A DNA stretch of 24,000 nucleotides from an uncultured Ruminococcus sp. (GCA_964638045.1 CAZWXE010000001.1:6550-30549), one strand, 5' to 3'. Numbered from the stretch's first letter, positions 8,023 to 17,039 are shown. Numbers and translations: made by a program. The notes: generated by a model from the letters alone, not told the origin.

Positions 8023-9215
8023 ACGGTGTACAATCTGTTTTGTCGGTTTCACAGTTAAATGAATATTTGAAGATGCTGATGGATTCCGACCGCATTTTGT
8101 CCGACGTATTCGTGCGTGGGGAAATTTCCAATTTCACCGTCCCGCGCTCCGGGCATTTGTACTTTACCCTGAAGGATGAGGACGGACAGCTGAGGACGGT
8201 GATGTTTCGCTTTCAAGCAGGTAAGCTGTTGTTTCGGCCGGAGGACGGTATGAAGGTTATCGTTCACGGAAAGCTGTCGGTTTACGGAGCCTCGGGGCAG
8301 TACCAGCTGTATGCGGACGAGATGCAGCCGGACGGCGTGGGAACGCTTGCCATGCGCTTTGAGCAACTGAAGCGCCGCTTGGAAAGCGAGGGGCTGTTTG
8401 CGCAGGAGCGCAAGCGCCTGTTGCCGAAAATGCCGATGCGCATCGGCATCATTACCTCTCCCACGGGAGCGGCCATCCACGATATGCTCCAAATCCTCGG
8501 CAGACGGTTTCCGTGCGCGGAAATTATTTTGTTTCCGTCGGCGGTGCAGGGAGCGGAAGCGCCCTTGCAGTTGACGGCGGGCATTGAGTTTTTCGGCATG
8601 TCGCAGGCGGTGGATGTCATCATCATCGGACGTGGGGGCGGCTCTGCCGAGGATTTGTGGGCATTCAACGACGAAACGCTTGCGCGCACCGTGGCAAGCT
8701 GTCCCGTCCCCGTGATTTCGGCCGTTGGGCACGAAAGCGATTTTACCGTTTGCGATTTTGTGGCGGACAAACGCGCTCCCACGCCGTCTGCCGCTGCCGA
8801 GCTCGCCGTGCCCGACAAGGCAGAGCTGTTACAGCAGCTGGCCGAGCTCGGAATACGAATGAACGGTTTGCTGCGCCGACACATTACGCAGGAGCGGCGT
8901 GTATTGGCACAGCTGGCTTCCTCTCCGATGCTGCGGAATCCGCAGCATCTGCTCAACGATTTTCGTATGGGGCTGGCCGAGCGGGAGCGGAGAATGGACG
9001 ATTCCTTGCAATTGCAGCTTCAGGACAGACGGCAACGGCTGTCCGCCTTGTGCGGGAAACTGGAGGCGCTGAGTCCTCTTGCCGTTTTGGCCCGCGGCTA
9101 TGCCGCCGTGAGCAGGGACGGAAAAACGGTGGTCTCACACACGGCACTGCAAAGGGGAGATACGGTGAACATACAATTTGCCGACGGCGTGACGGTTGCC
9201 ACTGTGGACAAATGA
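8019..9215 (+). CDS. xseA: Exodeoxyribonuclease VII large subunit
   Basis: LSVSQLNEYLKMLMDSD...VFVRGEISNF (OB-fold N-terminus), IGIITSPTGAAIHD, IIIGRGGGSAEDLWAFNDE and ISAVGHESDFT are characteristic XseA blocks. The small subunit gene follows. Confidence 0.95.
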   Translation: MNGVQSVLSVSQLNEYLKMLMDSDRILSDVFVRGEISNFTVPRSGHLYFTLKDEDGQLRTVMFRFQAGKLLFRPEDGMKVIVHGKLSVYGASGQYQLYADEMQPDGVGTLAMRFEQLKRRLESEGLFAQERKRLLPKMPMRIGIITSPTGAAIHDMLQILGRRFPCAEIILFPSAVQGAEAPLQLTAGIEFFGMSQAVDVIIIGRGGGSAEDLWAFNDETLARTVASCPVPVISAVGHESDFTVCDFVADKRAPTPSAAAELAVPDKAELLQQLAELGIRMNGLLRRHITQERRVLAQLASSPMLRNPQHLLNDFRMGLAERERRMDDSLQLQLQDRRQRLSALCGKLEALSPLAVLARGYAAVSRDGKTVVSHTALQRGDTVNIQFADGVTVATVDK

Positions 9216-9230
9216 GGAAAGGATACGGAT

Positions 9231-9473
9231 ATGACGGAGAAAAAACTGAGCTTTGAGCAGGCAACCGAACGGTTGGATGAAATTTTGTCTGCTTTGGAGG
9301 ACGGAAACGAATCGTTGGACGGTTCCCTGAAGCTTTATGAAGAGGGTGTGGCGTTGCTGCGCTCGTGTACGGCACTTTTGGACAATGCCGAGCAAAGGGT
9401 AAAAATGCTGCAGCTTCGGCAGGACGGGGGAGTCACGTTGACCGATTTTAAGAGCGAGGAGGACTCGAAATGA
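9231..9473 (+). CDS. xseB: Exodeoxyribonuclease VII small subunit
   Basis: 80 aa, with LSFEQATERLDEILSALEDGNESLDGSLKLYEEGVALLRSC. This is the typical XseB helical hairpin, directly downstream of xseA, with the SD GAGGAAAGGA. Confidence 0.9.
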   Translation: MTEKKLSFEQATERLDEILSALEDGNESLDGSLKLYEEGVALLRSCTALLDNAEQRVKMLQLRQDGGVTLTDFKSEEDSK

Positions 9474-10360
9474 CGGAGGAAGTATTGGAGTTGATGATGG
9501 CGCGGGCGGCAACACTGACCGTCAATGCCATGAAGGAGTATTACACGGAGGATGAGGACCTTGCGTCCCTGCTGAATTCCGAGAGATACAGCCTGTTTGC
9601 GGGAGGAAAGCGCATCCGTCCCTTTTTGACGTTGGAGTTTTGCAAGCTGTTCGGGGGGGATGAGGCATCGGCCTTGCCGTTTGCATGTGCCGTTGAAATG
9701 GTACACACCTACTCTTTGATTCACGATGACCTGCCCTGCATGGACAATGACGATTTGCGTCGCGGCAAGCCCACTAACCACAAGGTTTTCGGCGAAACGA
9801 TTGCTTTGCTTGCCGGAGATTCGCTGTTAACGGGTGCATTTGAGGCGGCGGCAACCAACCGTGCGGTTCCGCCCGAAATCGCGCTGAAGGCGGTGGCAGA
9901 GCTTGCCGGCTGCGCGGGACGTTACGGCATGGTGGGCGGACAGGTGATGGATTTGGAGGGAGAGCATCGGCAGTTGACGTTGGAGCAGCTGTTGAAATTG
10001 CATTCCATGAAAACGGGCAGCCTGATTTGCGCCGCGTGCGTAATGGGGGCACTTGCCGCGGGGGTGGAGCTTTCCGACGAACGGATGGAGAGCGCGGTTA
10101 CCTACGCCGAGAACATCGGACTTGCTTTTCAAATTGTCGACGACATTCTGGACCGTGTCGGAGACGCGGCGGAGCTTGGCAAAAACGTCGGCTCCGATTC
10201 CGAGCACGAAAAAAACACGTTCCTCAGCTTTTATTCGGTTGAGGAGGCGTCCTTCTATGCGGAGCGGTTGACCGCACAAGCCGTCAACGCCGTTTCCGGA
10301 TATCCGACCTCCGAAACGCTGGTTGCTCTGGCGAATTGGCTGTTAAAACGAAAAAAATGA
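9470..10360 (+). CDS. ispA: (2E,6E)-farnesyl/geranylgeranyl diphosphate synthase (short-chain trans-polyprenyl synthase)
   Basis: The first Asp-rich motif is LIHDDLPCMDNDDLRRGKPTNH and the second is FQIVDDILD. The ATG overlaps the xseB stop (ATGA, 9470-9473). This is the same position as yqiD/ispA in B. subtilis. Confidence 0.9.
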   Translation: MTEEVLELMMARAATLTVNAMKEYYTEDEDLASLLNSERYSLFAGGKRIRPFLTLEFCKLFGGDEASALPFACAVEMVHTYSLIHDDLPCMDNDDLRRGKPTNHKVFGETIALLAGDSLLTGAFEAAATNRAVPPEIALKAVAELAGCAGRYGMVGGQVMDLEGEHRQLTLEQLLKLHSMKTGSLICAACVMGALAAGVELSDERMESAVTYAENIGLAFQIVDDILDRVGDAAELGKNVGSDSEHEKNTFLSFYSVEEASFYAERLTAQAVNAVSGYPTSETLVALANWLLKRKK

Positions 10361-10380
10361 CACGGGAGAAATAAACTGAT

Positions 10381-10863
10381 ATGATACAAGCGTTCAGGGC
10401 GCTGCTTTCAAACGGATGGCTTCTTGCCGCGGTGACGGGGTGGGTGGTTGCTCAGCTCATTAAGGTGTGCATCCGGTTGATTCGATACCCACACAGAAAA
10501 ATCAATTGGAAAATCATCATGTTTGCCAACGGAGGCATGCCGAGCTCTCACACGGCATCGGTTGCGGCAATGCTGACCACCATCGGATGCACCGAGGGGC
10601 TGTCTTCGCCGATGTTCGGCTTGGCGTCGCTGTTTGCCGCCATCGTGGTCAACGATGCCTTGGGTGTGCGCCGTGAGGCGGAGCGTCATGCAAGGGTATT
10701 GAACCGTATGCTGAAGGAGGAGTGCCCGACAGAGGTTGCTCCGCCGAAAAAGCTGCGGGAGCACATCGGACACTCGCCCATGCAGGTGCTGTGCGGTGCG
10801 CTGCTGGGCATTGCCATCGGCATTTTGTTCTATGTGCTGATGCTTCGTCCGCAGGGATTGTAA
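10381..10863 (+). CDS. Divergent PAP2 family membrane protein (DUF212; acid phosphatase / vanadium haloperoxidase-related, YuiD-like)
   Basis: 160 aa with several hydrophobic helices. It carries GGMPSSHTA (PAP2 PSGH-like motif) and NDALGVRREAERHA (Arg/His motif), which is the recognisable DUF212 pattern. Confidence 0.85.
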   Translation: MIQAFRALLSNGWLLAAVTGWVVAQLIKVCIRLIRYPHRKINWKIIMFANGGMPSSHTASVAAMLTTIGCTEGLSSPMFGLASLFAAIVVNDALGVRREAERHARVLNRMLKEECPTEVAPPKKLREHIGHSPMQVLCGALLGIAIGILFYVLMLRPQGL

Positions 10864-10864
10864 G

Positions 10865-11644
10865 ATGCAAAGATTGGATTTGCTTTTGGTGGAAAAGGGA
10901 TATGCGAGCAGCCGCCAAAGGGCCAAAAATATGATTGAAGAAGGTTGCGTGCAGGTGGACGGCGAGGTGCTCCTCAAGCCCTCTCATCGGCTGGACGACG
11001 GCTTGCACCTTTTTGAGGTGACCGACACGCTTCGGTACGTAAGCCGAGGCGGCTTAAAGTTGGAGGCGGCACTGGACGCATTCTCGGTTGACGTTTCGGG
11101 ATTGCGAGCACTGGACATCGGTGTCTCCACCGGCGGCTTTACCGATTGCTTGCTGCAACGCGGAGCCGCTTCGGTGGTTTGTGTGGATGCGGGAAGCAAT
11201 CAACTGGCGGAAAAGCTGCGTGTGCATCCCGCCGTGCGTTCCTATGAGCATTTCAACGCGCGCGAGCTGACAGCAGACGCCATCGGCGGAGCGGTGGACC
11301 TCATTGTAATGGATGTGTCCTTTATTTCCGCAACCTACATTTTGCCGCTGTTTCCGCAGCTGCTTCGCCCGGATGGAATGGCGATTTGCCTGATTAAGCC
11401 TCAGTTTGAGGTGGGCAAGGCAATGCTCGGCAAGGGCGGTGTGGTCAAGGACAGAGGTGCGCATCGCTTTGCCGTACAAAAGGTGGCCGACTGTGCCGCC
11501 GCGCACGGTTTGCACGTGGAGGGGCTTTTGCCATCTCCCATCAAGGGCGGCGACGGAAACCGCGAATTTTTATTGTACTGCCAATACACCGCCGACGGCG
11601 CTTCTCCCTTATCGGAGGCGGAAATCTGTCGGGTTGTCGGATGA
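10865..11644 (+). CDS. tlyA: TlyA-family rRNA (cytidine-2'-O)-methyltransferase (S4 domain + FtsJ fold)
   Basis: MQRLDLLLVEKGYASSRQRAKNMIEEGCVQVDG (S4 RNA-binding), RYVSRGGLKLEAAL, and DIGVSTGGFTDCLLQRGA (SAM-binding). It starts 1 nt after the preceding stop. Confidence 0.9.
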   Translation: MQRLDLLLVEKGYASSRQRAKNMIEEGCVQVDGEVLLKPSHRLDDGLHLFEVTDTLRYVSRGGLKLEAALDAFSVDVSGLRALDIGVSTGGFTDCLLQRGAASVVCVDAGSNQLAEKLRVHPAVRSYEHFNARELTADAIGGAVDLIVMDVSFISATYILPLFPQLLRPDGMAICLIKPQFEVGKAMLGKGGVVKDRGAHRFAVQKVADCAAAHGLHVEGLLPSPIKGGDGNREFLLYCQYTADGASPLSEAEICRVVG

Positions 11645-11668
11645 TTCATGGAAGAAAGAGGCTTCGGT

Positions 11669-12547
11669 ATGTTGAAGATTGCACTGATTACCAATTTTAA
11701 TATTTCCGAGAAGGCAAATGCGGCCATGGCGGTGGCAAATCGGCTTTTGACACGGGATTGCGAGATTTTGATTGCGGCTTTCCACAAGGAAAAGCTCGGA
11801 CGGATGCACAAAACCGGCGAACGGGTGCGATTTTTGCCGCTGGAAAGCCTGTACGCCCAGGCCGATATTATCATCGTTCTCGGCGGTGACGGGACCATTT
11901 TGGAGGCGGCGAGAAGAGCGTCGGTGCGGGAAACGCCCATTTTGGGAATCAACCTCGGCAGATTGGGATATATGGCGGAGCTGGAGCTGAACGACCTGCC
12001 CTTGTTGGACCGTTTGTTTGACGGCTCGTATACTTTGGAGAACCGCTCTATGATGCGTGTAGAGTTGCTGTCCAAAAACGGCGAGCTGCGTTCCTTCTGC
12101 TATGCGCTCAACGATGCGGTAATTTCCAACGGTTCGGTTTCGAGGCTGGTGGAATTGGAGCTTTTCGAGGGAGGGGAGCTTGTTACCGCATATCGTGCGG
12201 ACGGCCTGATTGTGGCAACGCCGACCGGCTCCACCGCTTATTCCATGTCGGCAGGCGGCTCCATTGTGGACCCGCGTGTGGCTTGCTTTTGCGTGACGCC
12301 CATCTGTCCGCATTCCTTTGTTGCACGGCCCTTGATTTTTTCGGACAGCTCGATGCTGAAAATTCGAAACGTGTGTGTGCGGGAAAAAATGCTGTATTTG
12401 ACCGTGGACGGCAGAATGAATTTTGAACTGCACCTCAATCAAACGGTGCGCATCACCAAGGCGGCCATTTCCACCAAGCTGATTCGCGTCAAGAATTGCG
12501 GCTTTTACAAACGATTGCGGAACAAAATGGGCACTTCACAGTCCTAA
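11669..12547 (+). CDS. nadK: NAD(+) kinase
   Basis: GGDGT, NDAVIS and TPTGSTAYSMSAGG motifs are present. The track ORF starts at 11648, but the ATG at 11669 (MLKIALI...) has AAAGAGG 7 nt upstream. Confidence 0.9.
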   Translation: MLKIALITNFNISEKANAAMAVANRLLTRDCEILIAAFHKEKLGRMHKTGERVRFLPLESLYAQADIIIVLGGDGTILEAARRASVRETPILGINLGRLGYMAELELNDLPLLDRLFDGSYTLENRSMMRVELLSKNGELRSFCYALNDAVISNGSVSRLVELELFEGGELVTAYRADGLIVATPTGSTAYSMSAGGSIVDPRVACFCVTPICPHSFVARPLIFSDSSMLKIRNVCVREKMLYLTVDGRMNFELHLNQTVRITKAAISTKLIRVKNCGFYKRLRNKMGTSQS

Positions 12548-12573
12548 TGTCGAAAAAGGGAGTTGAACATATT

Positions 12574-13029
12574 ATGAAAAAGAACCGACAGGAAAAGCTT
12601 TTGGAGCTGATTTCACGATATGAAATCAATACGCAGGAGGAGCTGCTTGCGCGGTTGCGCGAGCACGGCTACGATGCAACGCAGGCAACCATTTCCCGTG
12701 ACATCCGTGAGCTGAAAATCGCAAAAATGACTACGGGAAAAGGCACTTACCGCTATGTTCTTCCGAAACGCGTGGAGACCGCAAGCTCCATCAAATTCAG
12801 CACTGCGCTGGTTGATTCCATTGTCAGCGTGGATTCTGTCAACAATTTGATTGTCATCAAAACCTATCCCGGTATGGCAAATGCCATGGCGGTTGGCATC
12901 GACGGCATGAATTTGGACCGTGTCCTCGGCTGTGTGGCGGGGGATGATACCATTCTCGTCATCACCCGAAGCAACGAGGATGCCGTTTCCATTTCCGATA
13001 GACTGCATGACCTGCTTCGCAGCTTTTAA
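12574..13029 (+). CDS. argR: Arginine repressor ArgR/AhrC
   Basis: MKKNRQEKLLELISRYEINTQEELLARLREHGYDATQATISRDIRELK (winged helix) plus the C-terminal oligomerisation domain GCVAGDDTILV. The track start at 12496 overlaps nadK. The ATG at 12574 has AAGGGAG upstream and gives a typical 151 aa. Confidence 0.9.
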   Translation: MKKNRQEKLLELISRYEINTQEELLARLREHGYDATQATISRDIRELKIAKMTTGKGTYRYVLPKRVETASSIKFSTALVDSIVSVDSVNNLIVIKTYPGMANAMAVGIDGMNLDRVLGCVAGDDTILVITRSNEDAVSISDRLHDLLRSF

Positions 13030-13034
13030 ACGGT

Positions 13035-14702
13035 ATGCTACGGTCATTGCACATTGAAAATGTCGCCGTCATTCGAACGGCGGATGTGGATTTCGACGCG
13101 GGATTTTCCGTCTTGACGGGTGAGACGGGCGCGGGCAAGTCCATCCTTATTGACAGCATCAATCTTCTTCTCGGAAACAGGACGTCTGCGGAAATTGTGC
13201 GCTCCGGAGAAAAGCAGGCAACGGTCGGCGCGGTGTTTGAAAACTTAAACAGCGCCACAAGGCAGGCGCTTGCGGAGATGGGCTTTTCCTGCGAGGACGG
13301 AACACTGATGCTGCAAAGAACGCTGACGCGGGACGGACGCTCACAGTCAAGGCTGAACGGACAGGCCATCACCCAAGCCATGCAACGGGAAATCGCAAGG
13401 AGACTGGTGAATATCCACGGCCAAACCGACAGTCAAAAACTTTTGCAAAAGGCAAATCATTTGGAACTTTTGGATGCGTATCTTCATGACGGTGCGTTGC
13501 TGACGGCGTACTGCTCTGCGTACCGTTCCTGGAAGGAACTGAAAAAGAGGCTGCAGGACATCACGGAGGACGAGTCCGAAAGGCTCCGCCTTTGTGAGAT
13601 GTTGAATTATCAGATTGCCGACATCGAGGGCGCAAAGCTGAGGTGCGGCGAGGAGGAGGAGCTCCTTGCGGAGCGGGACCGCTTGCTCCATTTGGACAAA
13701 ATCAACCGCCAGGTTCACATTGCCTACCGCGCTTTGCGGGGCAGTGAAAAAAATTCCGCGTTCGACCTGGTGTCGCGCGCGGCTGCGGCCGTTTCTTCGT
13801 TAGAGAACATTGTGGACGGATGTGACGGGCTGGCAGAGCGCTTGGAAAATGTGCGCTCCGAAATCGAGGATGTGGCCGAGCTGGTGCAGGCTTACGCCGA
13901 TGAGGACGGGGAAGAGCCCACGGCGCGGCTGGACCGCCTGGAGGGACGGTTGGACGCGATTGAAAAGTGTACGCGCAAATACGGCGGCAGTGTGGACAAG
14001 ACGCTTGAATTTTGTGCAAACGCTCGGGCGCGGCTGGATGCATTGGAGCTTTCCGATGAGGCACGGCTTTCCTTGGAGCAGGATATTCTAAAACAGGAAA
14101 AGCAGTTGTCTCTTTATGCCGAGGAGCTGCATCGAAAGCGCGTGGAGGCAGCGTCGCAGGTTGAGCTTGCCGTCACCGAGGCGCTGACCTTTTTGGATAT
14201 GCCCCGAGTAAAATTCAAAATTCGCGTGGAACAAACAGACTACGCCGCGAACGGCGCGGACGACGTGGAATTTTTGGTGGCTACCAACGTCGGAGAGCCC
14301 TTACAGCCGATGCGCAAGATTGCGTCGGGAGGAGAGCTTTCCCGCATTATGCTGGCGCTCCGCTCGGTGCTCAATGACAGGGACGGTGCCGATACCGTGA
14401 TTTTTGACGAAATCGATGCGGGTGTGTCGGGCAAAACCGCACGCAAGGTTGGCATCAAGCTGCGCAAAACGGCGACTCAGGCACAGGTATTCTGCGTGAC
14501 CCATTCGGCGCAAATTGCCTCCCTTGCACACACCCACTACCGCATTGAGAAAACCGAACGGGACGGACGCGCACAGACGCAGGTGGTCCGTTTGGATGAG
14601 AGGGAGCGTGTGGAGGAGTTGGCGCGCATTTTGGGCGGCATTCACATCACGGACGCGCAAAGAGCGGCAGCGGTAGCGTTGCTGCATGAATCGGATGAAT
14701 AA
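13035..14702 (+). CDS. recN: DNA repair protein RecN
   Basis: MLRSLHIENVAVI...LTGETGAGKSILIDS (Walker A), a long coiled-coil middle, SGGELSRIMLAL (signature) and VIFDEIDAGVSG (Walker B). Confidence 0.95.
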   Translation: MLRSLHIENVAVIRTADVDFDAGFSVLTGETGAGKSILIDSINLLLGNRTSAEIVRSGEKQATVGAVFENLNSATRQALAEMGFSCEDGTLMLQRTLTRDGRSQSRLNGQAITQAMQREIARRLVNIHGQTDSQKLLQKANHLELLDAYLHDGALLTAYCSAYRSWKELKKRLQDITEDESERLRLCEMLNYQIADIEGAKLRCGEEEELLAERDRLLHLDKINRQVHIAYRALRGSEKNSAFDLVSRAAAAVSSLENIVDGCDGLAERLENVRSEIEDVAELVQAYADEDGEEPTARLDRLEGRLDAIEKCTRKYGGSVDKTLEFCANARARLDALELSDEARLSLEQDILKQEKQLSLYAEELHRKRVEAASQVELAVTEALTFLDMPRVKFKIRVEQTDYAANGADDVEFLVATNVGEPLQPMRKIASGGELSRIMLALRSVLNDRDGADTVIFDEIDAGVSGKTARKVGIKLRKTATQAQVFCVTHSAQIASLAHTHYRIEKTERDGRAQTQVVRLDERERVEELARILGGIHITDAQRAAAVALLHESDE

Positions 14703-14716
14703 GAGGAGTGCTTTCT

Positions 14717-15190
14717 ATGCTCAAAACCAACGCCATGCGGATGCTGGACCGTGCCGGTATTTCTTATGAGGTGCTGACCTATCCGGTGGACGAAAACGAC
14801 CTCAGCGGCGTACATATCGCAGAGGAATTGGGTTTTCCGCCCGAGCAAATGTTCAAAACTCTGGTGGCAAGAGGAAACCTGACGGGGCCGTTGGTGTTTT
14901 GCTTGCCTGTGGCAGAGGAGCTGAATTTAAAAGCGGCGGCGCAGCTGACGGGCAATAAGAAAATCGAAATGGTTCCCGTAAAGGAGCTGTTGCAGTTGAC
15001 GGGCTACATTCGCGGGGGATGCTCTCCCATCGGAATGAAGAAAAAATTCCCCACCTATGTGGACAGCCGTGCCGAGCAGCTGGAGCAAATTACGGTCAGC
15101 TCGGGAGTCAGAGGCGCCCAACTGCTTTTGAATGCGCGGGAATTATTGCAATTTATACAAGCCGAGACGGCACATATCACCGTAAAATGA
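14717..15190 (+). CDS. ybaK: Cys-tRNA(Pro)/Cys-tRNA(Cys) deacylase YbaK
   Basis: KTNAMRMLDRAGISYEV...FKTLV...GGCSPIG...VSSGVRG shows the YbaK/ProX editing-domain pattern at ~157 aa. I prefer the ATG at 14717, with AGAGGAG 8 nt upstream; the track uses GTG at 14708. Confidence 0.85.
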   Translation: MLKTNAMRMLDRAGISYEVLTYPVDENDLSGVHIAEELGFPPEQMFKTLVARGNLTGPLVFCLPVAEELNLKAAAQLTGNKKIEMVPVKELLQLTGYIRGGCSPIGMKKKFPTYVDSRAEQLEQITVSSGVRGAQLLLNARELLQFIQAETAHITVK

Positions 15191-15202
15191 TGAAAAAAGC
15201 TC

Positions 15203-15231
15203 TTGAAAGTCGCGGCTCTTTCCTGTATAAT
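15203..15231 (+). promoter_or_regulatory. Candidate sigma-A promoter for argS
   Basis: TTGAAA (15203-15208), a 17-bp spacer, then TATAAT (15226-15231), 33 nt upstream of the argS ATG. Confidence 0.5.
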
Positions 15232-15263
15232 GAATATATTTGTGAAATAAACGAGGACGAAGT

Positions 15264-17000
15264 ATGCAAACACTGAAAAAACTGATTGCCGAAGAGCTTC
15301 TTCGGGGCGTTCATTCCATCAACGCAGATGCGGATTTGAATGCAACGGACATTGCAGCAATGCTGGAGTATCCGCCGGATTCCGCAATGGGCGACCTTGC
15401 CTTTCCGTGCTTCCGCCTGAGCAAGGCTTTGCGCCGTTCTCCGGTGCAAATCGCGTCGACCTTGGCGGCTGCCGTCGAGCTTTCCTGCGTTTCCCGCGTG
15501 GAAGCGGTGAACGGATATTTGAATATTACCGTTTCGGATGACTACCTTGCCAACACGGTTTTGCCGGAAATTTTGGAGCGTCGGGAGGCTTACGGCTCTC
15601 AGAGCTTCGGCAAGGGCAAAAAGGTGGTTTTGGACTATTCCTCTCCCAATGTCGCAAAGCCGTTTCACATCGGCCATCTCGGCACCACCGTCATCGGTCA
15701 CTCTCTGCGCCGGCTGCACGAGTTTGCGGGCTATGAATGCTACGGCATCAATTATCTCGGAGACTGGGGAACTCAATTCGGCAAGCTGATTGTCGCTTAC
15801 CGCAAGTGGGGAAGCCGCGAGGACGTGGAGCAGGGCGGCATTGACAAGCTGGTGGAGCTGTATGTGCGCATCAACAATGCCATCTCCGGAGATGCGGAAA
15901 AGGGCATTCCGGCGGACCCCGTATTGGCCGATGAGGCACGTGCGGAGTTTCACAAGCTGGAGATGGGCGACGAGGAGAATTTGGCCATTTGGAGATGGTT
16001 CATCGAAATCAGCTTGGAGGAGTACAACAAAACCTACAAGCAGCTGGGCATCACCTTTGATTCCTACAAGGGCGAAAGCTTTTATACGGACAAAATGCCC
16101 GCGCAGGTGCAAAAGCTGCGTGACATGGGACTGCTGAAGCTGGATGACGGTGCATCCATTGTGGACCTTTCGGAATACAACATGCCCCCTTGCCTGATTC
16201 TCAAGCGAGACGGCTCCACGCTGTACCCGACCCGTGACATTGCCGCCGCGGTTTATCGCAAGGAGCATGAGCATTTTGACAAGGCTATTTACGTGACCAG
16301 CGCACAGCAGAGTCTCCACTTTGCACAGTGGTTCAAGGTGGTTGAGCTGATGGGGTACCCTTGGTACAACCAATTGGTGCATGTTCCGTACGGTACGGTT
16401 TCCCTCAACGGGGCAAAGCTGGCAACCAGAACGGGAAACGTGGTGTTGCTGCGCGATTTGTTTGCTTCCGCAATTGAAAAGGCCTCCGAAATCATCAACG
16501 AGAAAAATCCCGCCTTGGAGAACAAGGAGGAGGTTGCGGAGTCCATCGGTGTCGGTGCGGTCATCTTTTATTATCTTTCCAACAACCGTTTGAAGGACAT
16601 CAACTTCAACATGGAGGAGGCATTGAGCTTTGACGGAAATACGGGACCGTACGTTCAGTATTCTTACGCCCGCGCATGCTCTGTACTAAGCCGTGCGGGG
16701 GAGGTGGATGCCTCGGCACCCATGGTTATCACCGCCGACGAGGAACGGGCGCTGTTGAAGCAATTGTGTCGATTCGGCGAGCGTGTATGCGCTGCCATCG
16801 AGGATTACGAGCCGAGTTATATTACCCGCTTTATTTTGGATGTGGCAACGGCGTTCAACCGTTTTTATCACAACTGTCCCATTCTTTCCGCAGAGGACAG
16901 TGCCGTGCGTGCCTCCCGCATTCGCATCACGGAGGCGGCGAAAATTGTTTTGGGCAATGCCTTTGAGCTGATTTGCCTGAAGAAGACTGAAAAGGTTTGA
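15264..17000 (+). CDS. argS: Arginine--tRNA ligase
   Basis: The N-terminal Add-1 domain is present, followed by SSPNVAKPFHIGHLGTTVIGHSL (class I HIGH motif) and a C-terminal DALR anticodon-binding domain ending ...AFELICLKKTEKV. Length is 578 aa. Confidence 0.95.
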   Translation: MQTLKKLIAEELLRGVHSINADADLNATDIAAMLEYPPDSAMGDLAFPCFRLSKALRRSPVQIASTLAAAVELSCVSRVEAVNGYLNITVSDDYLANTVLPEILERREAYGSQSFGKGKKVVLDYSSPNVAKPFHIGHLGTTVIGHSLRRLHEFAGYECYGINYLGDWGTQFGKLIVAYRKWGSREDVEQGGIDKLVELYVRINNAISGDAEKGIPADPVLADEARAEFHKLEMGDEENLAIWRWFIEISLEEYNKTYKQLGITFDSYKGESFYTDKMPAQVQKLRDMGLLKLDDGASIVDLSEYNMPPCLILKRDGSTLYPTRDIAAAVYRKEHEHFDKAIYVTSAQQSLHFAQWFKVVELMGYPWYNQLVHVPYGTVSLNGAKLATRTGNVVLLRDLFASAIEKASEIINEKNPALENKEEVAESIGVGAVIFYYLSNNRLKDINFNMEEALSFDGNTGPYVQYSYARACSVLSRAGEVDASAPMVITADEERALLKQLCRFGERVCAAIEDYEPSYITRFILDVATAFNRFYHNCPILSAEDSAVRASRIRITEAAKIVLGNAFELICLKKTEKV

Positions 17001-17039
17001 GCTTTGAATTGAGACGAAAAGAGAAAGGATACAGGAAAA

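Noticed and set aside
6883-8052. A 389-aa minus-strand ORF antisense to nusB and the TsaD-like gene
   Set aside because: Shadow ORF. The plus-strand genes are recognisable and translationally coupled. The minus-strand product is Arg/Gln/Gly-rich with no motifs.
12496-12573. An upstream start for argR that overlaps nadK by 52 nt
   Set aside because: ArgR homologs are ~150 aa and begin just before the winged-helix domain. The ATG at 12574 has a good SD. The extension has no homology-like content.
15229-15246. An ARG-box-like sequence AATGAATATATTTGTGAA overlapping the argS -10 region, two genes downstream of argR
   Set aside because: Only the left half (TGAAT + A/T core) matches the TGAAT-wwww-ATTCA consensus. 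The right half (TTGTG) does not, no tandem second box is present, and an AT-rich promoter region gives such half-matches by chance.
15191-15263. A possible T-box riboswitch leader upstream of argS
   Set aside because: Only 73 nt separate ybaK from argS. That is far too short for a T-box (~200+ nt), and no T-box or specifier/antiterminator motif is visible.
15177-16382. A 401-aa minus-strand ORF antisense to argS. The same reasoning applies to 17043..17909(-) opposite yebC, 11609..12442(-) and 11401..12075(-) opposite nadK, and 1395..2228(-) opposite polA.
   Set aside because: All overlap confidently identified plus-strand genes, lack SD sequences and have shadow-frame composition.
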